Position numbers and translations under genes: made by a program. The notes under the pieces were generated by a model. It did no database searches. It had not been told where the DNA came from and saw nothing but the letters and a program-made list of their open reading frames with translations. 58,596 bases of DNA from a bacterium. GTDB taxonomy: Bacteria > Zhuqueibacterota > Zhuqueibacteria > Oceanimicrobiales > Oceanimicrobiaceae. Below, piece after piece: positions 1 through 10,125 of the stretch. The stretch lies in the NCBI GenBank assembly GCA_037446635.1, contig JBBIIG010000024.1:1-58596 (forward strand). The letters are read 5' to 3'. Position 1 is the stretch's first letter. Every line of letters begins with the position of its first letter.

Positions 1-608
1 TGCGCATGTTGTGCAGCGAAGCGCGCGTCGATTCTCATAAAGTGCGCACCGGCCGGCTTTCAGAAAACGAGTGGCCGAAGCTGAGCATGAGCGTGGGCCG
101 GCTGGCGGAAGCGCCGATTTACATCGATGACACGCCGGCGCTGAGCGTGCAGGAAATCCGCGCCAAAGCCCGGCGCTTGAAGGCGGAGAAGAAGATCGGC
201 ATGGTGGTCGTCGATTATTTGCAACTGGTCAAGGGGCCGAAAAATGCTGAAAGCCGGCAGATCGAAATTTCGTTAATCTCGCAATCGTTGAAGGCGCTGG
301 CGAAGGAATTGAACATCCCGGTGGTGGCGCTGTCGCAGCTTTCGCGCGCGGTGGAATCGCGCGGCGGCGACCGCCGGCCTATTTTGTCGGATTTGCGGGA
401 GTCGGGCGCCATCGAGCAAGACGCCGACGTGGTGATGTTCATTTACCGGCCGGAGGTGTACGGCCCGACGGAAGATTCCGGCATCGCCGAGATCATCATC
501 GCCAAGCAGCGCAACGGCCCCACCGACACTGTGAAGGTGCACTTCCACAAAGATTATGTTTTGTTTGCCAATTTGGATGAAACCCACGAGGAGTATTTCA
601 ACTTTTGA
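1..608 (+). CDS. dnaB: Replicative DNA helicase, C-terminal part (5' truncated by window edge)
   Basis: Motifs [46 protein letters not shown]. Confidence 0.97.
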   Translation, partial: RMLCSEARVDSHKVRTGRLSENEWPKLSMSVGRLAEAPIYIDDTPALSVQEIRAKARRLKAEKKIGMVVVDYLQLVKGPKNAESRQIEISLISQSLKALAKELNIPVVALSQLSRAVESRGGDRRPILSDLRESGAIEQDADVVMFIYRPEVYGPTEDSGIAEIIIAKQRNGPTDTVKVHFHKDYVLFANLDETHEEYFNF

Positions 609-617
609 TATATCAAC

Positions 618-2777
618 ATGGAGAATGGCGATTACAAAAAATTGCAGGCTGAGATTTTGCGAAAACTGAAACGTTACAGCCCCAGCGCCAACACCGGACT
701 TTTGATCGAAGCCTGGGATTTTTGCATCGAGGCGCACAAAGATCAGTTGCGCAAATCCGGCGAGCCCTACTTCGTCCATTGTTTGGAGGTGGCGAAAATT
801 CTCACCGACTTGAAGATGGACTCGACCACCATCATGGGCGGCCTGCTGCACGACGTGGTGGAAGACACCGGCATCACCATCGACGAGGTGGAGGAAAAAT
901 TCGGCCGCGAGGTGGCGCTGCTGGTGAACGGCGTCACCAAAATTAGCGAACTGCGGTTCGATAGTTTGGAGCAGCGCCAGGCGGAGAATTTCCGCAAGAT
1001 GATTCTTTCGATGGTGAAGGATATCCGGGTGATTTTGATCAAGTTCGCTGACCGTTTGCACAACATGCGCACCATCGAATACCTGCCGCGTAAAAAGCAG
1101 GAGCGCATCGCCATCGAAACCCGCGACGTTTATGCGCCGCTGGCCCACCGCCTGGGCATCGCCAAAATCAAATGGGAGTTGGAAGACCTCGCCCTCAAAA
1201 CTTTGGAGCCGGATTCCTACTGGGAGCTGGTGCGCAAAATCGCCGATAAGCGCGAAGAACGGGAGCGCTACATTCGCCGGGTGGTGGCGCCCATTCGCCG
1301 CGAGCTGCGCAGCGCCAACATCAAAGCAAGAATTACTGGCCGGCCAAAACATTTTTACAGCATCTTCGGCAAAATGCGATCGCGTCAGGTGCCGTTCGAG
1401 CAAATTTACGATCTGCTGGCGATTCGCATCATCGTCCAGAAAGTAGAGGAATGCTATTTCGTGTTGGGCATCATTCATAATCTTTACACGCCGGTGCACG
1501 AACGATTCAAAGACTACATCGCCACGCCCAAATCGAATTTCTACCAATCGCTGCACACCACGGTCGTGGGCCCGGACGGCAAGATGATCGAAATTCAGAT
1601 TCGCACCGAGGACATGCATCGCACCGCTGAAGAAGGGATTGCCGCCCACTGGCTGTATAAAGAAGGTAAAAGCAAACAGGACGAGCTCGACCAGCGCCTG
1701 GCCTGGCTTAAGCAGATGCTCGAATGGCAGCAGGAAACCAAAGACCCCTCGGAGTTCATGGAAAACCTGCGCATCGATTTGTTTCAGGACGAGGTGTTCG
1801 TCTTCACACCCAAGGGCGATTTGCTGAAGCTGCCAGTGGACGCCACCTGCGTCGATTTTGCGTTTGCGGTGCACACCGACGTCGGCACCCACTGCATCGG
1901 CGCGAAAGTCAACGGCAAAATGGTGCCGCTGAATTATAAATTGAAAAGCGGCGACTCGGTGGAGATCATCACCTCGCCCAACCAGAAACCCAATCCCGAT
2001 TGGATCAAGTTCGTCAAAACGTCGAAGGCGCGCAGCAAGATCAAGCGCTGGCTGAAAGAGTCGCTGCACGAGCAAAGCCTGAGTTTGGGCGAGGAAATTG
2101 TCGCCCGGCAGTTCAAGCGCTACAATATTAAAAAAGACAGCGTTGATTTGGACGAGTTGGCGCAAAGCCTCAATTTTCAGAACTCACAACAACTGTTGGT
2201 TTCTATTGGCCGCGGTGAAACTTCAATTCACACGGTCATCAATAGAATCGCGCCGGAGAAGAGCGTCGAAGTCAAAGACGCTTCGCTCATCAAAAAATTT
2301 CTGAATGTCGCCCGCGGCAAAGCGCGCGGTGTGCGGGTGCAGGGCATCGATAATTTGATGATCGCGTTCGGCGGTTGCTGCCAGCCGGTTCCCGGCGACA
2401 GCATCATGGGCTTCATCACCCGCGGCCGCGGTATTGTCATCCATCGCTCCGATTGCAAAAACATCACCAGCTTGATGGAGTATCCGGAGCGCCGCATCGA
2501 GGTGGAGTGGGACGTGGATCCCGACAAACGTTTCATGGTGCGACTGCAGTTGTTAGGCGAGGATCGCAAGCACTTTTTGCGGGACGTTTCCGAGTCCATT
2601 TCGCAAACCGAAACCAACATCGTCAGCATCGAGATGAGAGCGGAGGACACCATCGTCCACAGCAACATCATTCTGGAAGTGCGAAATCTCCAGCACCTGA
2701 CGAAGGTGATCAACAAGATCAGCAAAGTGAAAGGCGTCTTGAGCGTCGAGCGGTTGAACGGCGCCGTATCCAACTAA
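618..2777 (+). CDS. relA: Bifunctional (p)ppGpp synthetase/hydrolase (long RSH; HD, synthetase, TGS, ACT domains)
   Basis: RKSGEPY, LLHDVVEDT, DRLHNMRT, YQSLHT, EIQIRT, TGS (DFAFAVHT), CCQPVPGD. Confidence 0.95.
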   Translation: MENGDYKKLQAEILRKLKRYSPSANTGLLIEAWDFCIEAHKDQLRKSGEPYFVHCLEVAKILTDLKMDSTTIMGGLLHDVVEDTGITIDEVEEKFGREVALLVNGVTKISELRFDSLEQRQAENFRKMILSMVKDIRVILIKFADRLHNMRTIEYLPRKKQERIAIETRDVYAPLAHRLGIAKIKWELEDLALKTLEPDSYWELVRKIADKREERERYIRRVVAPIRRELRSANIKARITGRPKHFYSIFGKMRSRQVPFEQIYDLLAIRIIVQKVEECYFVLGIIHNLYTPVHERFKDYIATPKSNFYQSLHTTVVGPDGKMIEIQIRTEDMHRTAEEGIAAHWLYKEGKSKQDELDQRLAWLKQMLEWQQETKDPSEFMENLRIDLFQDEVFVFTPKGDLLKLPVDATCVDFAFAVHTDVGTHCIGAKVNGKMVPLNYKLKSGDSVEIITSPNQKPNPDWIKFVKTSKARSKIKRWLKESLHEQSLSLGEEIVARQFKRYNIKKDSVDLDELAQSLNFQNSQQLLVSIGRGETSIHTVINRIAPEKSVEVKDASLIKKFLNVARGKARGVRVQGIDNLMIAFGGCCQPVPGDSIMGFITRGRGIVIHRSDCKNITSLMEYPERRIEVEWDVDPDKRFMVRLQLLGEDRKHFLRDVSESISQTETNIVSIEMRAEDTIVHSNIILEVRNLQHLTKVINKISKVKGVLSVERLNGAVSN

Positions 2778-2839
2778 TCAACTCAGCAATTGAGCTATCA
2801 ATCCTAAAACAGTCTTCTACAAAGAGAGGAGAGGCTTAA

Positions 2840-3184
2840 ATGAAGAAAACGATCACGAAAAAGGACGTTGCCAAGCGAACCGCTAAATTGGTCGGGGAAA
2901 AGATTTACGTGGCCGAGAAGGTGGTGGATGGAGTGTTTACCTCGCTGCGGCAATTCATGACGGAGGCCGAGCCGGAGGTGCGCATCGAAATTCGCGATTT
3001 TGGCGTGTTCGAAGTCAAAACCACTAAGCCCAAACCGAAAGCGCGCAACCCGAAGACTGGTGAGATTATCTACGTGCCGGCGCGGCGCAAGACCCATTTC
3101 AAAGCGGGCAAGCTGTTAAAAGACGTTCTCAAGCAGCCGCTGGCCGCCTCCTCCTCGCCGGCACTGGAAGGCGATGGCGAGTGA
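2840..3184 (+). CDS. HU/IHF family DNA-binding protein
   Basis: IEIRDFGVFEV and ARNPKTGE motifs; RBS GAGG upstream. Confidence 0.92.
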   Translation: MKKTITKKDVAKRTAKLVGEKIYVAEKVVDGVFTSLRQFMTEAEPEVRIEIRDFGVFEVKTTKPKPKARNPKTGEIIYVPARRKTHFKAGKLLKDVLKQPLAASSSPALEGDGE

Positions 3185-3212
3185 TCTTTTGGTTTAAAAC
3201 ATTCTAACTAAA

Positions 3213-3650
3213 ATGATGGAAACGCGCGGCAGAATTTTGGGTATTGATTATGGCAAACGCAGAATCGGAGTTGCGATTAGTGATCCACTGGGGATGATAG
3301 CCTCCGGCTTGCCCACCATCGTTTATGAAAGCCTACCCGATGCTCTCACAAAACTCGCAGACATAGCCGCTCACTACCAGGTGTCCGCTGTGGTCGTTGG
3401 CCAACCGCTGACCCTGAAGGGTGAAGCCGGCGAAGCCAGCCAGAGCGCCAGCTTATTCATCGCCAGCTTGCGGAAAAAGATAGCCGCGCCGGTTTATTCC
3501 TGGGACGAACGATTCACCAGCGTTTTGGCGCAGCGCACCTTGCGGGAGATGGGCAAGGCACCCAGCCGCAACAAACACAAAGTGGATGAATTGTCCGCGG
3601 TGTTGATGCTGCAAAATTATCTCGATAGGCACTCTCTAAGCTCAAAATAA
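3213..3650 (+). CDS. ruvX: Holliday junction resolvase-like RuvX/YqgF
   Basis: ILGIDYGKRRIGVAISD, WDERFTS, VDELSA motifs. Confidence 0.93.
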   Translation: MMETRGRILGIDYGKRRIGVAISDPLGMIASGLPTIVYESLPDALTKLADIAAHYQVSAVVVGQPLTLKGEAGEASQSASLFIASLRKKIAAPVYSWDERFTSVLAQRTLREMGKAPSRNKHKVDELSAVLMLQNYLDRHSLSSK

Positions 3651-3651
3651 T

Positions 3652-4668
3652 ATGACCGAAAAACTCAAGATAGCCATCGTTGGCGCCGGCGCCATCGCCC
3701 AGACGACGCACATCCCGATCTGGAAGAACCTCCCCGAGGTCGAGATCTTCGCGGTTTGCGATAAAATAAAAAACAAGGCGCAATGGGTAGCCGAGCGACA
3801 CAAAATAAAGCATTCGTTCAATGACATCGACGATCTGCTCAAATTAGAAGAAATCGACGCCGTCGATATTTGCACGCCAACTTTTTCCCACGCGCCGCTC
3901 GCGCACGCCGCGCTCTCCGCCGGCAAGCACGTGCTGGTGGAAAAGCCCATGGCGCGAAATTATGACGAAGCCAAAAAAATGGTGGATGCCGCTAAAAAAT
4001 ACCAACGCATGTTGATGGTGGCGATGAATGTGCGCTTTCGCCCCGACGCCATCACTCTGAAAACATTTACCGAAAAAGGCGAATTGGGTGAAATTTTTTA
4101 TTGCAAAACCGGCTGGCTGCAGAAAAAGGAAAAACTGGTGCCGCGTTCTTGGCTCTCCCAAAAGGAAAAAGCCGGCGGCGGCGTGTTCATGGACCTCGGC
4201 ATTCAAATGTTGGACGTGGGCTTGTGGCTGATGGGAAACCACAAAGCCGAGAGCGTCAAAGCCACCACCTACAATAAAATCACCCGCCTCGACGTGGAAG
4301 ATTCCGCGGCGGTGTTCATCCACCTCGAAAACGGCGCTACGCTCACGGTGGAAGTCAGTTGGACCTTGTTGTTCGAAAACGATTTTTTTTACACCAACAT
4401 TTTTGGCACCAACGGCGGCGCGCTGCTCAACCCGCTGCGCATCCACAAAGAGCTGCACGGCAACCTGGTGAACGTCACCCCCTCAAAGCCGGAATCCACC
4501 AAGAACCTTTACCAAAAATCCTACGAGAATGAAATCGTTCATTTTGTGGAGTGCTTGCGCAAAGGCGGCGATTTCATTTCCAGCGGCGCGGAAAACCTGG
4601 AGCGTTTGCGCATTGTGGACGCCGTCTATCAATCCGCCAAAACCGGCCGGGAAGTCAAATTAAAATGA
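3652..4668 (+). CDS. Gfo/Idh/MocA family oxidoreductase
   Basis: IVGAGAIA Rossmann motif, HVLVEKPMA, GGGVFMDLGI. Confidence 0.92.
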   Translation: MTEKLKIAIVGAGAIAQTTHIPIWKNLPEVEIFAVCDKIKNKAQWVAERHKIKHSFNDIDDLLKLEEIDAVDICTPTFSHAPLAHAALSAGKHVLVEKPMARNYDEAKKMVDAAKKYQRMLMVAMNVRFRPDAITLKTFTEKGELGEIFYCKTGWLQKKEKLVPRSWLSQKEKAGGGVFMDLGIQMLDVGLWLMGNHKAESVKATTYNKITRLDVEDSAAVFIHLENGATLTVEVSWTLLFENDFFYTNIFGTNGGALLNPLRIHKELHGNLVNVTPSKPESTKNLYQKSYENEIVHFVECLRKGGDFISSGAENLERLRIVDAVYQSAKTGREVKLK

Positions 4669-5306
4669 GAAGAGAATTGTTTTTCGCCGTTCTCACGGCC
4701 GCCTTGCTGAGCTTTGCTTACTCGCCGTTTAGGCTGGGGCTGTTGGCGTACTGGGCGCTCGTCCCATTCTTTTTTTTATTAGAGAATAAATCGCCCGCGC
4801 CGGCGTTTCGTTGGGGGTATCTCACCGGATTTTTTGCCGTCATCGGCTCGGTGAACGCGTTGGTGCTGGATAATGTCGTCACCCTGCTTTTAGCCGTTTT
4901 CGTTCAACCCTTTTATTTTGCGCTCTATGCCGTTCTGCATGTCTCGTGCCGGCAACAGCTTGGCGATCGCGGCCTATTCGCGATTCCCATCCTTTGGGTT
5001 GCCGTAGAATTTTTAGAAAGCGTGAATCATTTTGGATTTTCAATTTTGAATCTTGGTTACACCCATCCGCAGTATCTTTTATTTTTTGAAGACGCCGCGT
5101 CCGCCGCGGCGCTGCTGTTGTCGTTTTGGATTTGCTGTTTGAACGTTTTAATTTATGCCATGCTGAAAAATCTTCACAACCGCCGCCGGACGGCTTACCT
5201 GCTGGCGGCCACGATTGTTTTGCTGATCATCCCCTTAAGCTGCAGCTATCGTGCGCTGGAGATACCCGATGGTTTTGAGCGCGTGGTGGAGATATGTTCC
5301 CGATAA
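4665..5306 (+). CDS. Membrane protein resembling only the N-terminal TM domain of apolipoprotein N-acyltransferase Lnt
   Basis: ATGA overlap with the previous stop; LLSFAYSPF, LAYWALVP, ILWVAVEFL and LGYTH resemble the Lnt N-domain; no CN-hydrolase domain. Confidence 0.6.
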   Translation: MRRELFFAVLTAALLSFAYSPFRLGLLAYWALVPFFFLLENKSPAPAFRWGYLTGFFAVIGSVNALVLDNVVTLLLAVFVQPFYFALYAVLHVSCRQQLGDRGLFAIPILWVAVEFLESVNHFGFSILNLGYTHPQYLLFFEDAASAAALLLSFWICCLNVLIYAMLKNLHNRRRTAYLLAATIVLLIIPLSCSYRALEIPDGFERVVEICSR

Positions 5307-6328
5307 CCCGCAGCGTAATTTTTGTGATCGTACTTTTTGCGGCCTCTTTGGATGTGCTCGCCCAAAGCAACCGTTATTTTACGATCAACACGTCTAAGGC
5401 GCGGCCGCTGGCCATGGGCGGCGCCTTCACGGCCGTCGTGGACGTGTTAGCGGCGATGGATTTCAACCCGGCCGCGTACTATCTCGCTAAAGACGACGAC
5501 CTTCCCCCGGTCACACTTTTTCTGAATCCGGTTTCACCATTTGTTGGAGGAATTCATCACGACGATCTTTTTAGCGGCAGCGGCTCGCCCGTGGATGATT
5601 TCCTGCTCGGCCTCAGTCTTGTCCTCAAATCCATGTCCTTTAATTTTGACGCCGTACAAGTTGGTTTCAATTTGTCAGAAGAAGGCCTGAACCTGCCCGA
5701 GATTTTTTTTGAAAATAACCCGGTGCGAGTGGATGGATTTCGACAAAACCATTCTCATACTGTCGTCGGCCGGTTGGAGTTGGCGAAGAAAGTCTCGATG
5801 GGGGCAGCGGTTTATTTTCTGTTCGGCAGTTCACCGCTGGCTCCGTTGAAGCGCGTCAAAGATTTTGGAATCAGCTACGGCATTTTGTTGCGCCCGGAGA
5901 AGGGTTTGAACATCGGCGTTTCGTTCGTCGATCCGCCGGATAGTCTCAGCCAATACCGCTTGCCGCTCGAGCGGCTGGTGAATGAATCCGTCAACATTGG
6001 CGTTTCGTATGAGTTGTTGTTCACGCGCACCCTGTTTTCCATTGATGTCCGCAACCTGGGCGAGGAAAGCAACGTGGCCGTCCGCGAGCTGCATTTTGGA
6101 ATTGAACAAGTGCTGCTTTCGCATTTGGCGCTGCGAGCTGGATATTTTAAGAAGGTGCACGGCGATCATGTTTTTAGCTGGGGCCTGGGTCTGTTGAACG
6201 ACTCGCTGCTTTCTAGTTCTGCCGGCGAGGGCAGCCGCAATTTTTATTTAAATTATGCTTTCGTTCATGAGAAAGCCCTGCCGACGGACAATCGCTGGCA
6301 CCTGTTCTCATTTTTAATTCGAATTTAA
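5294..6328 (+). CDS. PorV/PorQ-like outer-membrane beta-barrel protein
   Basis: Signal peptide, ARPLAMGGAFTAV...NPA N-terminal signature, alternating beta-strands, LALRAGY. Confidence 0.65.
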   Translation: MFPITRSVIFVIVLFAASLDVLAQSNRYFTINTSKARPLAMGGAFTAVVDVLAAMDFNPAAYYLAKDDDLPPVTLFLNPVSPFVGGIHHDDLFSGSGSPVDDFLLGLSLVLKSMSFNFDAVQVGFNLSEEGLNLPEIFFENNPVRVDGFRQNHSHTVVGRLELAKKVSMGAAVYFLFGSSPLAPLKRVKDFGISYGILLRPEKGLNIGVSFVDPPDSLSQYRLPLERLVNESVNIGVSYELLFTRTLFSIDVRNLGEESNVAVRELHFGIEQVLLSHLALRAGYFKKVHGDHVFSWGLGLLNDSLLSSSAGEGSRNFYLNYAFVHEKALPTDNRWHLFSFLIRI

Positions 6329-6329
6329 T

Positions 6330-7067
6330 TTGTTTTTTTCATCGCCGCAAAAATTATTTCCCGAGGAAGGGAACTTTAGAGATCGACCAAAGTTAGAAGG
6401 TTGTAGTTTTTTTAAGTCAATAGCAGTTCTCAGTTTACATATCTTTTTTCTAAGTCTGTCAACCCCCGTTTTGGCTCAAACGAAAAGCAATTATGAGGTG
6501 CTGGCGGCGCTCACAGATAGTTTATTAGCGGAAATCAGCGGCGCCATTCCGCCGTTTGTCAGTCAGGTGGTCATACGAGAGTGGAGGTTCGACAGCGATA
6601 GTGTTCAAGCTTCGCGCCGTGATGGCAGCAATTGGTTTCTCGAAAGCCGGATCGTGGATATTTTGAAAACGCGCGATCTGGCCGTTTATGTCGATTCGGG
6701 ATTTCAGCCGGTAGAGCGCGCGGATGATTCCACCGCCGTCGTCGAATTCAAACTGATGGAGATTGGCATCAACTATTTCAGCCAAAATCGGGGGGCCGAG
6801 GTCTTGGGGCGAAAGGCATACGTCCATTTTTTGGGACGTGTAAGATTGCGCGCCACGGGACGAATTCTATATAACGGCGCGCTTCAGGCCAGTAAATCCG
6901 ATTGGATTGCGGCAGAAAATAAGCCGGTGTTTGAGAACCCCGACATCGAATTCACCGTTGGCAAAGTTCAAACCCTCAAACGCGAGGGCGGCATTTTGCA
7001 ACCGCTTGCCGTTGTCGTTGTTACGGGAGTAGTTGTTTACTTATTTTATTCATTGCGCAGCCGATAA
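6330..7067 (+). CDS. Hypothetical exported protein with C-terminal membrane anchor (start uncertain)
   Basis: Signal-like segment ending VLA-Q; C-terminal TM ILQPLAVVVVTGVVVYLFYSLRSR. Confidence 0.6.
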   Translation: MFFSSPQKLFPEEGNFRDRPKLEGCSFFKSIAVLSLHIFFLSLSTPVLAQTKSNYEVLAALTDSLLAEISGAIPPFVSQVVIREWRFDSDSVQASRRDGSNWFLESRIVDILKTRDLAVYVDSGFQPVERADDSTAVVEFKLMEIGINYFSQNRGAEVLGRKAYVHFLGRVRLRATGRILYNGALQASKSDWIAAENKPVFENPDIEFTVGKVQTLKREGGILQPLAVVVVTGVVVYLFYSLRSR

Positions 7068-7095
7068 ACTCAGCGACGAACTACAAGGAATTTGA

Positions 7096-7908
7096 ATGAG
7101 ATTGAATGTACGCAGCCTCGTTTTGGCGATGTTTATTTTGAGCGCCCTGTCTGCCTGCGGCGGCTATAAAATCCGGCCGGATCTCACCGCCGAAGAACGC
7201 TTGACGCTGGCGACACGAATGTTTAAAAACAAAGATTATCAGGACGCTCAGGTGCAATTTAAACTTCTTGTCCTCAATTACCCCGGCGCCAATTTTGTGG
7301 ATGAAGCACAGTTTTATCTCGCCGAGTGCCACTACGAGATGAAAGAATACATCGTCGCGGCCGACGAGTACAAACGGCTGCAGCGCCTTTATCCGAGAAG
7401 CCAGTATATCGACGACGCCCAGTTTAAAATCGCCATGAGCGATTTTAAACTCTCCCCAAAACCCTCGCTGGATCAAAAATACACGGTCTCGGCGCTGGAA
7501 AATTTTCAACGCTTCCTCGAAGATTTTCCCACCAGCGAGCTGGCGCCAGAAGCCGAAAGGCGTCTAAAGATTTGCCGAGCCAAATTAGCCGAAAAAGATT
7601 TTAACGCCGCCGAGTTGTACCGCAAGTTAGACGACAACTATGCCGCGCTGGTTTATTACAACAGCGTCCTGGAGCGCTACTACGATACCAAATTCGCGCA
7701 CGATGCTTTATTTTGGAAAGCAGAATGCCTCTTCGAGTTGAAACGCAAAGATGAAGCGGTGCAGGCCTTCAATGAGTTGCTGGCCAAATATCCAAAAAGT
7801 AAATACCGCGCCCGCATTAGTGAGCGCTTAAAAGAGATCGAATCGGCCCTTGGCAAGGCCCAGGAAGCGGACGGCAAAACCCCATTGAGCAAGCAAACTA
7901 AACCATGA
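7096..7908 (+). CDS. bamD: Outer membrane assembly lipoprotein BamD
   Basis: Lipobox LSAC, TPRs, YPRSQY, DQKYT..A...FQRFLEDFP. Confidence 0.88.
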   Translation: MRLNVRSLVLAMFILSALSACGGYKIRPDLTAEERLTLATRMFKNKDYQDAQVQFKLLVLNYPGANFVDEAQFYLAECHYEMKEYIVAADEYKRLQRLYPRSQYIDDAQFKIAMSDFKLSPKPSLDQKYTVSALENFQRFLEDFPTSELAPEAERRLKICRAKLAEKDFNAAELYRKLDDNYAALVYYNSVLERYYDTKFAHDALFWKAECLFELKRKDEAVQAFNELLAKYPKSKYRARISERLKEIESALGKAQEADGKTPLSKQTKP

Positions 7909-7917
7909 GCGTGCCAG

Positions 7918-8499
7918 TTGAAGATCGGTTTATACGGCGGAACTTTCGATCCCGTCCATTGTGGCCATCTGATCATTGCTCAATATGTGCGGGATGAGTT
8001 AAGCCTCGAAAAAATTTTTTTCATCCCCACGGCCAACCCGCCCCACAAACAATCCGAAACCCCTGCCCGCCTGCGTTTTGAAATGCTAAAGCTGGCTGTC
8101 GCTGATAATCCCTATTTTGAAGTTTCAGATTTTGAAATGAATTCCGCCGGCGTCTCCTACACGGTTGACACCGTCGCCGGCTTCAAAAAAAAATTCAACC
8201 TCACTCGCGAAGAGCTGTTTCTCATCATCGGCTCAGACAATTTTGTTGATTTTGCCAACTGGCGCGAGCCCAAAAAAATCGCGCAGCAGTGCCAAATCGT
8301 GGTATTTCCACGCGCTGCTGGCGATTGGGAAGCCACGCCGGCACAGTTTAGAGAACAAGCCATCTATTTGCAAAGCGCCCCGCGTTTGGAAATTTCCTCA
8401 ACCCAAATTCGCGCTTTCATCAAACAGGGGAAAGCGATTCGCTATTTGGTGCCGCCGGCAGTCAAGCGATTTATTGAATCCCAGAAACTTTATTGCTAA
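7918..8499 (+). CDS. nadD: Nicotinate-nucleotide adenylyltransferase
   Basis: GGTFDPVHCGH, SYTVDT, IIGSD, ISSTQIR. Confidence 0.95.
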   Translation: MKIGLYGGTFDPVHCGHLIIAQYVRDELSLEKIFFIPTANPPHKQSETPARLRFEMLKLAVADNPYFEVSDFEMNSAGVSYTVDTVAGFKKKFNLTREELFLIIGSDNFVDFANWREPKKIAQQCQIVVFPRAAGDWEATPAQFREQAIYLQSAPRLEISSTQIRAFIKQGKAIRYLVPPAVKRFIESQKLYC

Positions 8500-8600
8500 G
8501 CCATTGTAAAAAGCACGAGTTAGCGCCTAACGCATAAACTCAAAAAAAAGCTTGATTTTGTGAAAGTTGTACATTACTTTGGCGGTAAAATGACGGCTAT

Positions 8601-9233
8601 ATGGTCTATTGGCTCTCCTATTACTTTTTTAAGCTGATCATGATGGTTTTCTTTCGGGGGAAATGTTATGGTAGGGAAAATCTGCCCGAGCGCGGACCCT
8701 ATATCGCCATCATAAACCATAACAGCCTGCTCGATGTCGCCGCCGCGGCGTTGACCGTGCGCGGCAGCCGTGTTTCGACGATGGTGAAAGATTCGTTGTT
8801 CAAGGTGCCGATTTTGGGCTGGTGGCTGCGGACGGTAAATATGTTCCCGGTCATTCGCGGCGGCAGCGATCAACGGGCATTTGATTTAGCATTAAGTTTA
8901 TTGAAAAAAGGCTACGTGCTGTATATGGCGCCGGAAGGCACTCGCAAATATGCTCCGCAGGAGCCGCCGCGCCCCCATACCGGTTTCGTGAGACTGGCGC
9001 AGGAGGCGGGCTGCCAGGTGGTGCCCATCGCCATAACGGGAACGCGCGAGGCGCTGCCGCCCGGCGCGAAAATCCCAAGATTGGTTAAAGTACGCGCCAA
9101 AATCGGCAAGCCCATCACGTTGGAAAGGGTCGCAGCAACCAAGGAAAATTATCCCAAACTTTTGGAACAAGCCGAACGGGCCATGCGTGAGGTGTATCGT
9201 TTAAAAGAGGAATTAATAAAGAATCAAACATGA
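8601..9233 (+). CDS. plsC: 1-acyl-sn-glycerol-3-phosphate acyltransferase
   Basis: NHNSLLD (NHxxxxD) and PEGTR motifs. Confidence 0.88.
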   Translation: MVYWLSYYFFKLIMMVFFRGKCYGRENLPERGPYIAIINHNSLLDVAAAALTVRGSRVSTMVKDSLFKVPILGWWLRTVNMFPVIRGGSDQRAFDLALSLLKKGYVLYMAPEGTRKYAPQEPPRPHTGFVRLAQEAGCQVVPIAITGTREALPPGAKIPRLVKVRAKIGKPITLERVAATKENYPKLLEQAERAMREVYRLKEELIKNQT

Positions 9234-9553
9234 AATTTCCCAAACCAAATGCGGAGGTGTTGATGCTCAAAGAGATTTTGCGCGATCGTAATTCCGATGA
9301 AGTGCTTCGACTCCAAGAGGATGATGCGGACGATCTGCCGGCCGAAGAAGATGATTTTGTCAATGAGGAGCCCGATGACTGGGAAGACGAAGACTGGGAA
9401 GAGGAGTACGATGATTTAGAGGATGAGGGGGACGAGGAGGACGAAGAGGAGGAAGAATTCGAAGATTATGACGACGATTTCAACGAAGACGATGAAGACG
9501 TTTATGATGAAGATGATTGGGATGACGATTGGAATGAAGAGGACTGGAATTAG
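9230..9553 (+). CDS. Hyper-acidic low-complexity protein
   Basis: ATGA-coupled to plsC; last 78 aa are ~69% D/E with no K/R. Confidence 0.7.
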   Translation: MKFPKPNAEVLMLKEILRDRNSDEVLRLQEDDADDLPAEEDDFVNEEPDDWEDEDWEEEYDDLEDEGDEEDEEEEEFEDYDDDFNEDDEDVYDEDDWDDDWNEEDWN

Positions 9554-9615
9554 CCGCGGCTCGATCTCGTCTCAAATGCGTGCGAGTTAAGTAGCGGCTA
9601 AGTTCGAGAGATTTT

Positions 9616-10119
9616 ATGCGATTGTTTGCGTCCACCCCCCCGAACGAATACAAAATCGAGATTGCTAACTTTTCCGACAGTCCGTCCATTCATCTCGACG
9701 GCAAACCAATACAAGCAACGCTGACAAAAATCAGCGATAGTGCATTTTTTCTGCTGCTGAACAACCGTTCGTATCAGCTTGTCATTGAAAAAAGCGGAAG
9801 ATCATATATTGTTCGGCTGCACAATCGGGCATATCGAATTGAGGTGGAAGACGAGCGCAGCCGCCGGCTCCGAAAAACGATGAAAGCGGTTGCGCCCACC
9901 AACACGCAGCTTGAGGTCAAAGCGCCGATGCCGGGTCTGCTGGTGAAAGTAAACGTTACTGAAGGGCAGCAAATCAAAAAGGGCGACAGCCTGGCGATCA
10001 TCGAAGCTATGAAAATGGAAAATGAAATTCGCGCCGCCGCCGATGGCCGCATCAAAAAAATCTTCAAAAAAGAAAAAGAGTCGGTGGAGAAAGACATGGT
10101 TCTCTTGCTCGTGGAGTAA
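9616..10119 (+). CDS. Biotin carboxyl carrier (biotin/lipoyl-attachment) protein
   Basis: APMPG and EAMKMENE motifs. Confidence 0.92.
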   Translation: MRLFASTPPNEYKIEIANFSDSPSIHLDGKPIQATLTKISDSAFFLLLNNRSYQLVIEKSGRSYIVRLHNRAYRIEVEDERSRRLRKTMKAVAPTNTQLEVKAPMPGLLVKVNVTEGQQIKKGDSLAIIEAMKMENEIRAAADGRIKKIFKKEKESVEKDMVLLLVE

Positions 10120-10125
10120 GGTGAA

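Noticed and set aside
273..2165. 630-aa minus-strand ORF
   Set aside because: Antisense shadow of dnaB/relA caused by codon bias; no recognisable motifs
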